Of a stretch of DNA of 64,000 nt, positions 18,655 through 28,469 are shown piece after piece. Numbering within the stretch: position 1 is the stretch's first letter; each line of letters opens with the position of its first letter. The translations under genes and the position numbers were made by a program. Source of the stretch: Faecousia sp. (GTDB lineage: Bacteria; Bacillota; Clostridia; Oscillospirales; Oscillospiraceae); contig JAZNFY010000003.1 of assembly GCA_045589195.1 (NCBI GenBank), positions 13,254 through 77,253 on the forward strand. Direction: 5' to 3'. The notes beneath the pieces were generated by a model that saw nothing but the letters and a program-made list of their open reading frames with translations, searched no databases and had not been told where the DNA came from.

Positions 18655-19914
18655 TTAGGCCATCAGCGCCCGCTGACCAATGTCACTGCGGCGGTAGGCG
18701 TTTTCAAACTGTACCCCATCGGCAAGCCGATAGGCTTCTTTTACCGCTTCTGCCAAAGTGTCGCATACTGCGGTGGTGCCGGTGACACGGCCGCCGGAAT
18801 TGACCAGCTTGCCGTCGGCAAGCTTTGCGCCGGCTACAAAGGTGTGGGCGTTGGCTTCTTCGGTCATGGTGATGGGGAAGCCTTTTTGATAGCTAAGGGG
18901 GTAACCTGCGGAGGCGGTGACCACACAGCAGGCGTGTTTATCGGAGAATTTCACTTCCGTTTCTGCCAATGTGCCATTGGTAGTGGCCTTCATGACGGTA
19001 AGCAAATCGCTTTCCAGCAGGGGAAGCACAACCTGGGTTTCCGGGTCGCCGAACCGGCAGTTATACTCAATGACCTTTGGGCCGTTGGGTGTGAGCATCA
19101 GACCGAAGTACAGGCAGCCGGTGAAGGTTCTGCCTTCTGCGTTCATAGCGGCGATAGTGGGCAGGAAGATGGTCTTCATACATTCTGCCGCGATTTCCGG
19201 GGTGTAGTAGGGATTGGGGGCAACGGTGCCCATGCCGCCGGTGTTCAAGCCGGTGTCGTGATCCCCGGCGCGCTTATGGTCCATGGAGGAGACCATGGGC
19301 TTGACGCATTTGCCGTCGGTAAATGCAAGGACGGAAACCTCCGGGCCGGTGAGAAATTCCTCAATGACCACGGTTGAGCCGCTTTTGCCGAATTTAGCAT
19401 TTGCCATCATGTCGGTGACGGCCTCTTTGGCTTCTTCCCGGGTCATGGCAATAATAACGCCTTTGCCCAGGGCAAGACCGTCGGCCTTGACCACAGTGGG
19501 AATGGGCGCGGAGTCTAAGTAGGAAAGCGCTTTGTCCAGCTCTGTGAATATTTCGTATTCAGCGGTAGGAATACCGTATTTTTTCATGAGATTCTTGGAG
19601 AATGCCTTGCTGCCTTCGATAATGGCGGCGTTGGCCTTGGGACCAAAGCAGGGGATGCCGATTTGGTTCAGGCGGTCTACGCAGCCCAGCACCAGAGGAT
19701 CATCCGGCGCCACCACCGCATAGTCGATGGCGTTGCTTGCAGCGAAAGAAACGATGCCGTCAAGATCTGTGGCGGCAATGTTCACACAGGTGGCATCTGC
19801 TGCGATGCCGCCGTTGCCCGGCAAAGCAAAAATTTCCGTAACGTCGGGGTTTTTCTTCAAGGAGCGGATGATGGCATGTTCCCGGCCACCGCCGCCAACG
19901 ACAAGAATGTTCAT
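18655..19914 (-). CDS. purD: Phosphoribosylamine-glycine ligase
   Basis: GGGGREHA, KADGLALGKGV, NTGGMG, EYNCRFGDPE. Confidence 0.97.
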   Translation of the reverse strand: MNILVVGGGGREHAIIRSLKKNPDVTEIFALPGNGGIAADATCVNIAATDLDGIVSFAASNAIDYAVVAPDDPLVLGCVDRLNQIGIPCFGPKANAAIIEGSKAFSKNLMKKYGIPTAEYEIFTELDKALSYLDSAPIPTVVKADGLALGKGVIIAMTREEAKEAVTDMMANAKFGKSGSTVVIEEFLTGPEVSVLAFTDGKCVKPMVSSMDHKRAGDHDTGLNTGGMGTVAPNPYYTPEIAAECMKTIFLPTIAAMNAEGRTFTGCLYFGLMLTPNGPKVIEYNCRFGDPETQVVLPLLESDLLTVMKATTNGTLAETEVKFSDKHACCVVTASAGYPLSYQKGFPITMTEEANAHTFVAGAKLADGKLVNSGGRVTGTTAVCDTLAEAVKEAYRLADGVQFENAYRRSDIGQRALMA

Positions 19915-19990
19915 GTTTGACCTCCGTAAGGTTTTATATGCTTAAAACGCACTGACAGGGGGCGGCGTGAACCGTCCCCTGAGGTAAGGA

Positions 19991-21175
19991 TTAGTGGTGG
20001 AACAGGCGCATGCCGGTGAAGGCCATGACGACGCCGTTTTTGTCACATTCTTCAATGACCAGATCGTCGCGAATGGAGCCGCCGGGCTCGGCAATGTACT
20101 TGACGCCGGAGGCAACACCGCGCTTGACGGAGTCGGGGAAGGGGAAGAAGGCGTCGGAGCCCAGAGCAACTGCGTCACGGGAATCCAGCCATGCCCGCTT
20201 TTCTTCGGCGGTGAGGGGCTCGGGACGGACGGTGAAGTAGTTCTGCCAGATGCCTTCTGCGCACACATCTTCTTCGTTGCCGTTGATGTAGCCGTCGATA
20301 ACGTTGTCACGGCCGGGACGGCCCAGGTCAGCACGGAAAGGCAGAGAAAGAGTCTTGGGATGCTGGCGCAGGAACCAGGTATCAGCCTTGCCGCCGGCAA
20401 GACGGACACAGTGAACTCTGGACTGCTGACCGGCGCCTACACCGATGGCCTGGCCGTCGTAAGCAAAGCAGACGGAGTTAGACTGGGTGTATTTCAGGGT
20501 GATCAGAGAGATGATCAGGTCGGTCTTGGCAGACTCGGGCAGATTTTTGTTGGCGGTGACAATGTTTTGAAGCAGGTGCTCGCCAATTTTAAAGTTGTTG
20601 CGGCCCTGTTCAAAGGTGATGCCGTAGACCTGCTTGGTCTCCTGCTCGGCAGGAACGAAATCAGGGTCAATGGCGACCACGTTATAGCTGCCTTTACGCT
20701 TGGCTTTCAAAATGGCCAGAGCTTCGTCGGTATAGCCGGGAGCAATAACACCGTCGGAAACTTCGGGGGCGATCAGCTTTGCGGTGAGCTCGTCGCACAC
20801 ATCACTCAGAGCCACCCAGTCGCCGAAGGAGCACAGACGGTCGGTGCCCCGGGCGCGGACATAAGCGCAAGCCAGGGGGTTTTCGTCCAGACCTTCCACG
20901 TCCTCAACAAAGCAAGCTTTTTTCAGATCCAGGGGCAGGGGCTTGCCCACGGCAGCAGAGGTGGGAGAAACATGCTTGAAAGAGGTGGCGCAAGCCATAC
21001 CGGTGGCTTCTTTCAGTTCCTTAACCAACTGCCAGGAGTTGAAGGCGTCCAGAAAATTGATGAAGCCGGGTCTGCCGTTCAAAATAGTAATGGGCAGCTC
21101 GGTGCCGTCGTGCATATAGATCTTAGCAGGCTTCTGGTTGGGGTTGCAGCCGTATTTCAATTCAAATTCTTTCAT
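19991..21175 (-). CDS. purH: AICAR transformylase (PurH C-terminal domain only)
   Basis: Starts at LKYGCNPNQ; SFKHVSP, GAGQQSR, SDAFFPF, PGGSIRD; lacks the N-terminal MGS/IMP cyclohydrolase domain. Confidence 0.92.
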   Translation of the reverse strand: MKEFELKYGCNPNQKPAKIYMHDGTELPITILNGRPGFINFLDAFNSWQLVKELKEATGMACATSFKHVSPTSAAVGKPLPLDLKKACFVEDVEGLDENPLACAYVRARGTDRLCSFGDWVALSDVCDELTAKLIAPEVSDGVIAPGYTDEALAILKAKRKGSYNVVAIDPDFVPAEQETKQVYGITFEQGRNNFKIGEHLLQNIVTANKNLPESAKTDLIISLITLKYTQSNSVCFAYDGQAIGVGAGQQSRVHCVRLAGGKADTWFLRQHPKTLSLPFRADLGRPGRDNVIDGYINGNEEDVCAEGIWQNYFTVRPEPLTAEEKRAWLDSRDAVALGSDAFFPFPDSVKRGVASGVKYIAEPGGSIRDDLVIEECDKNGVVMAFTGMRLFHH

Positions 21176-21198
21176 TATGTTACCTCCTCGTATTTTGC

Positions 21199-21912
21199 TT
21201 AGCAATGTTTGTTGATAATGCGCTGCTGAATCTCCCGGGTTTTCAGATCGGTATAGCGGACAAACAGGGAGATCTTATTGTTCTCGTTCAGGTTTTCCCA
21301 AAGCTCGCCCGTGAACGCATCAATGTCGTTGTCGATGGCGACCCGCTCCGGCTCACCCTGGAAGGTGGGGATCACGGGGTTGCCGTCGCATACATAGGTG
21401 TGCAGGAAGTGACCTAGTCCGGCGGTGGCGGGGTATTCCCAGAAGAAACGGGCGCAGTTTTCGCCCTCGGGATCGGCGGCTTTCAGGATAGACATCTTGT
21501 AGCTGCCGTCGTTTGCTTGCAAACCGGAAATTCTGGGTGTCCAGTTGGGACGGTCGTCTTCAAACTGGCGGGTGCGCAGAGCTGCTTCCCAGCTTTCACC
21601 CTTGGCCAGATATTCCCAGATGGTGTCCGTCTGGTCACCGTTGGTAACGATCAGACCCTGGCCCACTTCCCGGACGGGGTGGTAAATGATCAGGTGAGGG
21701 TCTACCATTAGGCTGGGGTCATGGGCTTCGGTGCGGATGCCGTCGGCTTCCTGTACAAAGACCCGATTCCGGGAGTTGACGCTGCGGCCCATGATAAAGT
21801 AGGCGGCAACGGCTTTCTTGCCGTCGGGTGTAATGCCCAGGACGATGCCTCTGCCCGGATATGTATTGGTAGAGAGCTTGTTGCTCATGGTGTCGATTTC
21901 ATAGACATTCAT
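21199..21912 (-). CDS. purO: IMP cyclohydrolase, PurO-like (Ntn fold)
   Basis: YPGRGI, YFIMGRSVNSRNR, TNGDQTD, TPRISG; sits next to the transformylase-only PurH. Confidence 0.82.
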   Translation of the reverse strand: MNVYEIDTMSNKLSTNTYPGRGIVLGITPDGKKAVAAYFIMGRSVNSRNRVFVQEADGIRTEAHDPSLMVDPHLIIYHPVREVGQGLIVTNGDQTDTIWEYLAKGESWEAALRTRQFEDDRPNWTPRISGLQANDGSYKMSILKAADPEGENCARFFWEYPATAGLGHFLHTYVCDGNPVIPTFQGEPERVAIDNDIDAFTGELWENLNENNKISLFVRYTDLKTREIQQRIINKHC

Positions 21913-21913
21913 A

Positions 21914-22513
21914 TTATTTCCCTCCTAAATTTGCACAGACCATTTCCGCAGCCTGGGGCAGCAGAACCCATTCAGCCTGTTCCATGACGCGTTTTTGCAG
22001 GATTTCCGGGGTGTCGCCGGGGAGAATATCCACCGCTTTTTGGGCGATGATCTCGCCGCCGTCGGGAATCTCGTTGACGAAGTGCACCGTTGCGCCGGTG
22101 ACTTTTACGCCGTAGTGCAGCGCTTCTTCGTGGACTCTCAGTCCGTAAAAGCCTTCACCGCAGAAGCTGGGGATCAGGCTGGGGTGGACGTTGATGATTT
22201 GCTTGGGATAGCAGGATGTGAAATTCTCGGTCAGAATGGTCATAAATCCTGCCAAAATGATCAGCTCAATGCCGTTTTCGGTAAGAATTGCTTTCAGCTT
22301 TTCTTCAAAGGCCAGCTGGGAGCCGCATTCCTTTTTCAGCACAACGGCGGTGGGAATACCGGCTTTTTTTGCCCGCTCCAAGGCATATGCTCCGGCATTG
22401 TTGGCAACCACCAATGCGATTTCGCCGCTGTGGAGCACCTTGCCCTGGGCGTCAATCAGCGCTTGCAGGTTGGTGCCGCCGCCGGAGACCAGAACTGCGA
22501 TCTTCGTTTTCAT
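21914..22513 (-). CDS. purN: Phosphoribosylglycinamide formyltransferase
   Basis: [28 protein letters not shown]. Confidence 0.96.
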   Translation of the reverse strand: MKTKIAVLVSGGGTNLQALIDAQGKVLHSGEIALVVANNAGAYALERAKKAGIPTAVVLKKECGSQLAFEEKLKAILTENGIELIILAGFMTILTENFTSCYPKQIINVHPSLIPSFCGEGFYGLRVHEEALHYGVKVTGATVHFVNEIPDGGEIIAQKAVDILPGDTPEILQKRVMEQAEWVLLPQAAEMVCANLGGK

Positions 22514-23562
22514 TCCAGGATCACCTTTTCCTCGCCGGCAATGATCTGGCCGATGACGTAGGCATCTTCTCCGTTGGCGCGGAGAATTTCCAGCGCCTGG
22601 TCAACCTGCTCGGCGGGGACAACAACGCTCATGCCCACGCCCATGTTGTATGTATTGAACATATCCCGCTCGGGAACGTTGCCCCATTTGGCAATCAGGT
22701 GGAAGATGGGCAGGATCCGCACAGCAGATTTGTCGATTTTGGCGCACAGACCGTCGGGAATGGAGCGGGGAATATTTTCGTAGAAGCCGCCGCCGGTAAT
22801 GTGGGAGATGCCCTTGACATCTACCTTTTCCAGCAGAGCCAGAATACTCTTGACGTAAATGCGGGTGGGAGTCAGCAGGGTTTCGGCAATGGTCTTGCCA
22901 CCTAAGCTTTCCCGGGGAATGTAAAGCTCGGGGTTATTGTTGTCAATATCAAAGACCTTGCGGCACAAGGAGAAGCCGTTGGAGTGGATGCCGGTGGAGG
23001 GCAGAGCGATGACTACGTCGCCGGCGCGCATACGGGTATTGTCCAGAATTTTCTTCTTGTCTACGACACCAACGGCAAAGCCGGCCAGGTCGTAGTCTTC
23101 AACGGGCATTAAGCCCGGGTGCTCCGCGGTCTCACCGCCGATGAGCGCGGCGCCGGACTGGACACAGCCCTCGGCAACACCCGAAACGATCGCAGCGATC
23201 TTCTCGGGATAGTTCTTGCCGCAGGCAATATAGTCCAGGAAGAACAGGGGCTTTGCGCCGCAGCAGATAATGTCGTTGACGCACATGGCCACTGCGTCGA
23301 TACCGATGGTATCGTGCTTGTCCATTAAAATAGCAAGCTTTACTTTCGTGCCGCAGCCGTCGGTGCCGGAGACCAGAACGGGCTCTTCCATGCCCGCGAT
23401 GGGCAGACCGAAGCAGCCGCCAAAGCCGCCCACATCGTCCAGACAGCCTTCGTTGCGGGTACGGGCAACGTGTTTTTTCATCAGTTCAACGGCTTTGTAG
23501 CCGGCAGTGATGTCCACACCGGCAGCGGCGTAGCTGGCAGAGAAAGAGTTCTTGTGATCCAT
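22510..23562 (-). CDS. purM: AIR synthetase
   Basis: [32 protein letters not shown]. Confidence 0.97.
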   Translation of the reverse strand: MDHKNSFSASYAAAGVDITAGYKAVELMKKHVARTRNEGCLDDVGGFGGCFGLPIAGMEEPVLVSGTDGCGTKVKLAILMDKHDTIGIDAVAMCVNDIICCGAKPLFFLDYIACGKNYPEKIAAIVSGVAEGCVQSGAALIGGETAEHPGLMPVEDYDLAGFAVGVVDKKKILDNTRMRAGDVVIALPSTGIHSNGFSLCRKVFDIDNNNPELYIPRESLGGKTIAETLLTPTRIYVKSILALLEKVDVKGISHITGGGFYENIPRSIPDGLCAKIDKSAVRILPIFHLIAKWGNVPERDMFNTYNMGVGMSVVVPAEQVDQALEILRANGEDAYVIGQIIAGEEKVILE

Positions 23563-23592
23563 GATGAAGCTCCTTTTCAGAAGTAATATTTG

Positions 23593-25017
23593 TTATTCCT
23601 TGCCGTTCCAGCAGTAAGTGCAAAGCTTGCAGGGGTCCAGACCGATGGCCTTGATGACACCGTCTACCGTCTGGAAGCCAAGAGAGGAGAACTTAAATTT
23701 ATCGCAGATGGCTTTGCGCATGGCCTTGCCCCGGGGAGTGTTACCGTCTGCGTATTCATCAATGTGATTTAAGCCTTCTTCTCCTTCCAACTCTACAATG
23801 ATCCGACGGGAGATCAGATCCATGTCGCTGGTGGAGCGGGAGAAGTTTAAGTATTTGCAGCTATACATAATGGGCGGACAGGCAGAGCGCATGTGGACGG
23901 ACTTGGCGCCGTTCTCATAGAGAAATTCCACAGTCTCTTGCAGCTGAGTGCCCCGGACGATGGAATCGTCCACAAACAAAAGGTGCTTGTCCTGAATCAG
24001 CTCATGGACGGGGATCTGCTTCATTTTTGCGATCTTTTTTCGATCCGACTGTTTGGCGGGGGTGAAAGAGCGGGACCAGGTGGGCGTATATTTAATGAAC
24101 GCCCGGGCAAAGGGTTTGCCGGTGCGGTTGGCATAACCGATAGCGTGGGGCGTGCCGGAGTCGGGCACTCCGCCCACATAGTCGATCTCCATGCTGCGGC
24201 CCTGCTCCATATCCCGCTCGGCAATGGCCGCGCCGTTGCGGTAGCGCATGGCTTCCACGTTGATTCCCTCGTAGGTGGAGGTGGGATAGCCGTAATAGCT
24301 CCACAGGAAGGCGCATACGCGCATTTCTGTGCCGGGAGCGCGAAGCTGGGTCATGGTGTCGGCGGTGAGCTCCACAATTTCGCCGGGGCCCAACTCACAG
24401 ACCTTTTCGTAACCCAGCTTGGTGAAGGCGAATTCTTCGAAGGAGGCGCAGTAGCCGTCGTCGTTTTTGCCGATCTGTACGGGAATACGTCCCAGACGGT
24501 CCCGGGCGGCAATGAGCTTGCCGTCATCGGTGAGGATCAGAATGTTGACCGTTCCTTCCACAACGCTCTGGACAAACTGGATGCCGTCGGCATAATTGTC
24601 CTTTTGGCAAATCAGGGAAGCCACCAGCTCGGTGGAGTTGACTTTACCACCGGTCATGGCGTCGAAATGCCCGCCGCTGATGGTTAGGTACTGCTCCGAA
24701 AGGGCGGAGGCATTGTTCACAATGCCTACCGTGCAGATGGCGCAGGTTCCCAGCTTGGAGCGGATCAGCAAGGGCTGAGGATCGGAGTCACTGATGCAGC
24801 CGATGACAGAGCTGCCCTGCATCTCATTGAAAATATGCTCAAATTTGGTGCGAAAGGGTGCGTTTTCGATGCTGTGGATCACCCGCTGCAACCCGATTTC
24901 CGGGTCCCAGGCAGCCATGCCGCCCCGGCGTGTACCCAGGTGGGAGTGGTAGTCCACACCGAAAAACACGTCCATCATACAGTCGTGCTTGGATGCAATT
25001 CCAAAAAATCCGCCCAT
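23593..25017 (-). CDS. purF: Amidophosphoribosyltransferase-like protein lacking the catalytic N-terminal Cys
   Basis: PRTase motifs GVPDSG and VDDSIVRGT, Fe-S CTYC; begins MGGFFG instead of MCG; embedded in the pur operon. Confidence 0.88.
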   Translation of the reverse strand: MGGFFGIASKHDCMMDVFFGVDYHSHLGTRRGGMAAWDPEIGLQRVIHSIENAPFRTKFEHIFNEMQGSSVIGCISDSDPQPLLIRSKLGTCAICTVGIVNNASALSEQYLTISGGHFDAMTGGKVNSTELVASLICQKDNYADGIQFVQSVVEGTVNILILTDDGKLIAARDRLGRIPVQIGKNDDGYCASFEEFAFTKLGYEKVCELGPGEIVELTADTMTQLRAPGTEMRVCAFLWSYYGYPTSTYEGINVEAMRYRNGAAIAERDMEQGRSMEIDYVGGVPDSGTPHAIGYANRTGKPFARAFIKYTPTWSRSFTPAKQSDRKKIAKMKQIPVHELIQDKHLLFVDDSIVRGTQLQETVEFLYENGAKSVHMRSACPPIMYSCKYLNFSRSTSDMDLISRRIIVELEGEEGLNHIDEYADGNTPRGKAMRKAICDKFKFSSLGFQTVDGVIKAIGLDPCKLCTYCWNGKE

Positions 25018-25108
25018 GAGAAATACTCCTTTTGCGTCAGATCAACGGTGTTAAGAAAGGTCCGAAGGCTCCCCTTTGCAGGGGAGTCTTCAAAGGTATC
25101 AAAAACTA

Positions 25109-25798
25109 TCAGGCAAAGAACAGCTTGTTCAGGGTCAGGGGGTCTACATATTCGCCGTTCTTGTATACGCGCATGTTGCCGGAAGCAACCTCGTCGATGA
25201 GCATGACCTTGCCGTCGGGGGCGTAGCCAAACTCAAATTTGATGTCGTAAAGTTCCATGCCCTTTTCTTTCAGATCGTCAGCAACGATCTTGGTGATTCT
25301 CTGGGTCATGTTTTTTAAGTCTTCGTACTGCTCGTTGGTCATGACGCCGATGTCCACCAGGGCATCCTTGGTGATCAGTGGATCGCCCTTTGCATCGTCT
25401 TTCAGTGTGGTTTCCACATAGTAGGGCAGGTCAGCGCCGGATTCAATCAGCGCACCGTAGCGGCGAATAAAAGAACCCACGGCTTTCAGGCGGCAGATCA
25501 CTTCCAGACCCTGGCCGAAGACCTTGGCGGGGAGCACTTCCATGGTGGTGCTGCTCAGGTCGGCATTTACATAGTGTGTCTTGATGCCCGCAGCATTGAT
25601 CTTCTCAAAGAAGTAGATGGACATCCGCAGGTTCACGTCACCCACACCCTCGATGGTCAGGCCAACGCTGTTTTCACCGGGATCAAACACGCCGTCTTTA
25701 CCGGTGCAGTCGTCTTTGAATTTCAGCAGGCAGTTGCCGTTGGGCAGGGCGTAAACGTTTTTGGTCTTGCCGGTGTACAGGAGTTTCAGGTTTTCCAT
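25109..25798 (-). CDS. purC: SAICAR synthetase
   Basis: [14 protein letters not shown]...[22 protein letters not shown]. Confidence 0.94.
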   Translation of the reverse strand: MENLKLLYTGKTKNVYALPNGNCLLKFKDDCTGKDGVFDPGENSVGLTIEGVGDVNLRMSIYFFEKINAAGIKTHYVNADLSSTTMEVLPAKVFGQGLEVICRLKAVGSFIRRYGALIESGADLPYYVETTLKDDAKGDPLITKDALVDIGVMTNEQYEDLKNMTQRITKIVADDLKEKGMELYDIKFEFGYAPDGKVMLIDEVASGNMRVYKNGEYVDPLTLNKLFFA

Positions 25799-25849
25799 AA
25801 TTCATTACCTCTTTCGAAATATAATGTACATTTATCAGCGCGGAGCAGG

Positions 25850-26338
25850 TTACTGCAAGGCGGCGTCCTTGGAGAGGACTTTTTGTGCATCGGCGGCGCG
25901 CTTGGCGTCCAGCTTGGCGGCCAGCTCCGGGTCGGTGACGGCCAGAATCTGAATGGCCAGCAGGGCGGCGTTCACAGCCCCGTCCACTGCCACGGTGGCC
26001 ACCGGGATACCAGAGGGCATCTGCACAGTGGACAGCAGAGCGTCCAGACCGTTTGTAAAGGTGGTGGATTTCATGGGGATGCCGATCACGGGCAGGGTGG
26101 TATTGGCTGCCAGGCTTCCTGCCAGGTGGGCGGCCATGCCCGCTGCCGCAATGATCACGCCAAAGCCGTTATTTCGTGCGTTGGCAGAGAAATCATGCGC
26201 CTGCACCGGTGTGCGGTGGGCGGAGTATACATGCATTTCATAGGGAACGGAAAATGCGGCCAGCGTATCCGCTGCTTTCTGAACCACAGGCAGGTCGCTG
26301 TCGCTGCCCATGATGATTGCTACCTTTTTCAAAATCAT
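25850..26338 (-). CDS. purE: N5-CAIR mutase / AIR carboxylase
   Basis: IMGSDSD, SAHRTP, AGMAAHL, VQMPSGIPVATV. Confidence 0.97.
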   Translation of the reverse strand: MILKKVAIIMGSDSDLPVVQKAADTLAAFSVPYEMHVYSAHRTPVQAHDFSANARNNGFGVIIAAAGMAAHLAGSLAANTTLPVIGIPMKSTTFTNGLDALLSTVQMPSGIPVATVAVDGAVNAALLAIQILAVTDPELAAKLDAKRAADAQKVLSKDAALQ

Positions 26339-26353
26339 ATCCCTCCGTAATAG

Positions 26354-26395
26354 AAAATGGGCGCACTCTGCCTCGGTCGAAGCAAAGTGTGCCCA
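26354..26395 (-). terminator. Riboswitch expression-platform terminator
   Basis: GGGCACACTTTGCTTC-GACC-GAGGCAGAGTGCGCCC-ATTTTC; its 5' arm overlaps the aptamer 3' end. Confidence 0.8.
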
Positions 26396-26462
26396 GACGG
26401 TCGGCGTTTCGCGTATGTCCTGCTCCCATGTGGTGCTCCACGGTTCCGTCAGTTACAGGACG
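26390..26462 (-). ncRNA. ZMP/ZTP (pfl) riboswitch
   Basis: TCCTGTAACTGACGGAACCGTGGAGCACCACATGGGAGCAGGA...GCCGACCGTCTGGGC: P1 TCCTG/CAGGA, P2 GTGG/CCAC, pseudoknot GACGG/CCGTC; upstream of purE. Confidence 0.93.
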
Positions 26463-26481
26463 CATTTGAATTACAGTGTAT

Positions 26482-26510
26482 ATTATAGACGAAAATTGTA
26501 AAATAGTCAA
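26482..26510 (-). promoter_or_regulatory. Sigma-A promoter of pur operon
   Basis: Minus strand TTGACT-17 nt-TATAAT just upstream of the riboswitch. Confidence 0.85.
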
Positions 26511-26598
26511 TTCAACATAAAGACAGTTTACAAGAAAATTATGGGCCGCAGACTGTATATCTTGCCAAATTCTTAGAAATTTTATGGCTGTTTTGGTA

Positions 26599-27348
26599 TC
26601 AATCCAGGGCAAGACCGAAATAGCGGGGTGGGGTGTCTTCCACGAGCATTTTGTACATGGCAAAGGGCCCGTTGCCGGGAATGCGGAAGCGGCCGGTGGC
26701 TGCGCCAAGGGCGGCAATGATACCGGGGGCGTTTTCAGCGTGACCCAAAAGCTCCAAGCCGACAAATTCCGATCCGCTTAAATAGCCCGCCAGGACAAAA
26801 CCTTCACCGCCGTAGAACTGGGCCATGCCGGAAAGATAGGAAAGATTCTCCTTCTCCTGAATTATGCCGCCCTGGGGAAGATATTGGCGACGGGCGGCGG
26901 CATACTCTTTTACAGAAAGGGGTGTTAAATCGATGGGGATACCGGCATCGCAGGTGACAGTTTCTATGCAGTTTAGATTTTTGTAGCCCATGGAGGCATA
27001 CAGAGAGAATAGCGAGGCAGAACCGGGTACTAAAACGGTCGCCCGGTAGCCCTGGGATGCAAGCAGGCGGTGGGTATCTTCCATAAGCCTGTGGCAAAGG
27101 CCTTGATTTCGAAAAGCGGGGTCTGTGGCCACGGCGTACAGGTATGCGATTTTTCCCTGTGTATCCTCACAGTCCAGCCAGTAGTGGGCGGCCGCCAGCC
27201 GGCCGGATACGGTGATGCAGCGGCATCGCTCCGGAGCATAGGCGGTGGAGAAAAAAAGGTGGACTTGCGCATCGCTGTCGCCAAAGGCGTTTTGATACAG
27301 CTGTTTCAAATGGGGCAGCTGCTGTGGGGTTGGAAAATCAATGTTCAT
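26599..27348 (-). CDS. GNAT acetyltransferase (Eis-like N-terminus)
   Basis: AFGDS, YLYAVATDPAFRNQGL (motif A), LYASMGY; start overlaps the DUF2156 stop. Confidence 0.85.
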   Translation of the reverse strand: MNIDFPTPQQLPHLKQLYQNAFGDSDAQVHLFFSTAYAPERCRCITVSGRLAAAHYWLDCEDTQGKIAYLYAVATDPAFRNQGLCHRLMEDTHRLLASQGYRATVLVPGSASLFSLYASMGYKNLNCIETVTCDAGIPIDLTPLSVKEYAAARRQYLPQGGIIQEKENLSYLSGMAQFYGGEGFVLAGYLSGSEFVGLELLGHAENAPGIIAALGAATGRFRIPGNGPFAMYKMLVEDTPPRYFGLALD

Positions 27349-28249
27349 CGTCATCCTCCCAAAGCCGCGCCCAGTACTTGGCCACCAGATGATCCGGGTG
27401 ATAGGAAAGTTTTGCCTTGCGAAGACCCGCAATACCCATATCGTCTTCCCGGTTGAGGTATTCCACCTGAGGGTATTTTGCCCGAAGATATTGGGCAAAG
27501 GAACTGTTAATGGCGGCGTATGCGCCGTCAATGCCGTCCAGCGCTTTTTCAAAGTGCACATCAAAGGTGTTTTCCGAAAGGCGGCTGGCCATGGTCATGG
27601 CAAGGGGCTTGCCGTTATCGATCAGCACCATGCCTTCTAAGCCTAAATCTTCCCGTTCATTTAATGCCCGGTTGATGGCCAGCTGCTCCAAATGGAAGTC
27701 CGCAAAAGGATCTGCGGCAAGGCGCTCATCGTACCACTGCTGCACTACCTGCCGGGCGGCAGCTTCCGTGGTATCGTCCAGGGGAAGATATTGACAGTTC
27801 GGGCGTTGTGCCTGGAAGCGATTGTAAAAGTTTCGTTTGCTCTGATAGCGCTTGCCGGTGAGATTGGCAAGATCGTCAATTTTATATACATAGTCATAGC
27901 TGTCCCGATCGGCGTGGAATCGGAACTGTCCGGGATAAAGCTGCTCCAAAAGGGCGCAGTTTTCCGGAGTCATGGAGCTGATGCGGCAGGGAATACCACG
28001 CATTTTGGCGTCGTGGATCACAAGGTCCAGAACGGTTTTGCTTTCCCCAGTGATGAGGGGGAAAGGATAGACACTGAACCGGTCAAACTGGGAGAAAAAT
28101 ACCACGCAATCGTCGATAAAGGCTACTTTCTGGCGACCCCAGATCCGTAGGTTTACAAAGCTGTATTCGCAGCCTCGCTGCCGGGAATTCCACAGGGCGT
28201 TTTGGTAGCGTTCCAGGTCTGCGGCATTTAGCCGCTGAAAGGTAATCAT
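27338..28249 (-). CDS. DUF2156 / MprF-C-like soluble aminoacyl-transferase-fold protein
   Basis: DYVY..DLANLTGKRYQSKRN, VHFEKA, YLNREDDMGIAGLRKAKLSYHP; no TM helices. Confidence 0.88.
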   Translation of the reverse strand: MITFQRLNAADLERYQNALWNSRQRGCEYSFVNLRIWGRQKVAFIDDCVVFFSQFDRFSVYPFPLITGESKTVLDLVIHDAKMRGIPCRISSMTPENCALLEQLYPGQFRFHADRDSYDYVYKIDDLANLTGKRYQSKRNFYNRFQAQRPNCQYLPLDDTTEAAARQVVQQWYDERLAADPFADFHLEQLAINRALNEREDLGLEGMVLIDNGKPLAMTMASRLSENTFDVHFEKALDGIDGAYAAINSSFAQYLRAKYPQVEYLNREDDMGIAGLRKAKLSYHPDHLVAKYWARLWEDDDEH

Positions 28250-28469
28250 GGCGTTCACATCCTTTGATTACAGTATACCACATTTTCTGCTGTTTTCAAC
28301 AAAATATGGAAGAAATTGGAATCAAAAACTCCCGTATTAAAAACTTTCTTATCGATAAAACCGTACTTTTTAACGGAAAATGCTGTAATATTCCGAAAAT
28401 TGGTGGACTTTTGTAAAACGATGCAGTAATATAAGGGCAAGAAAAGGATAAACAGTAGAGGTGATTTTT

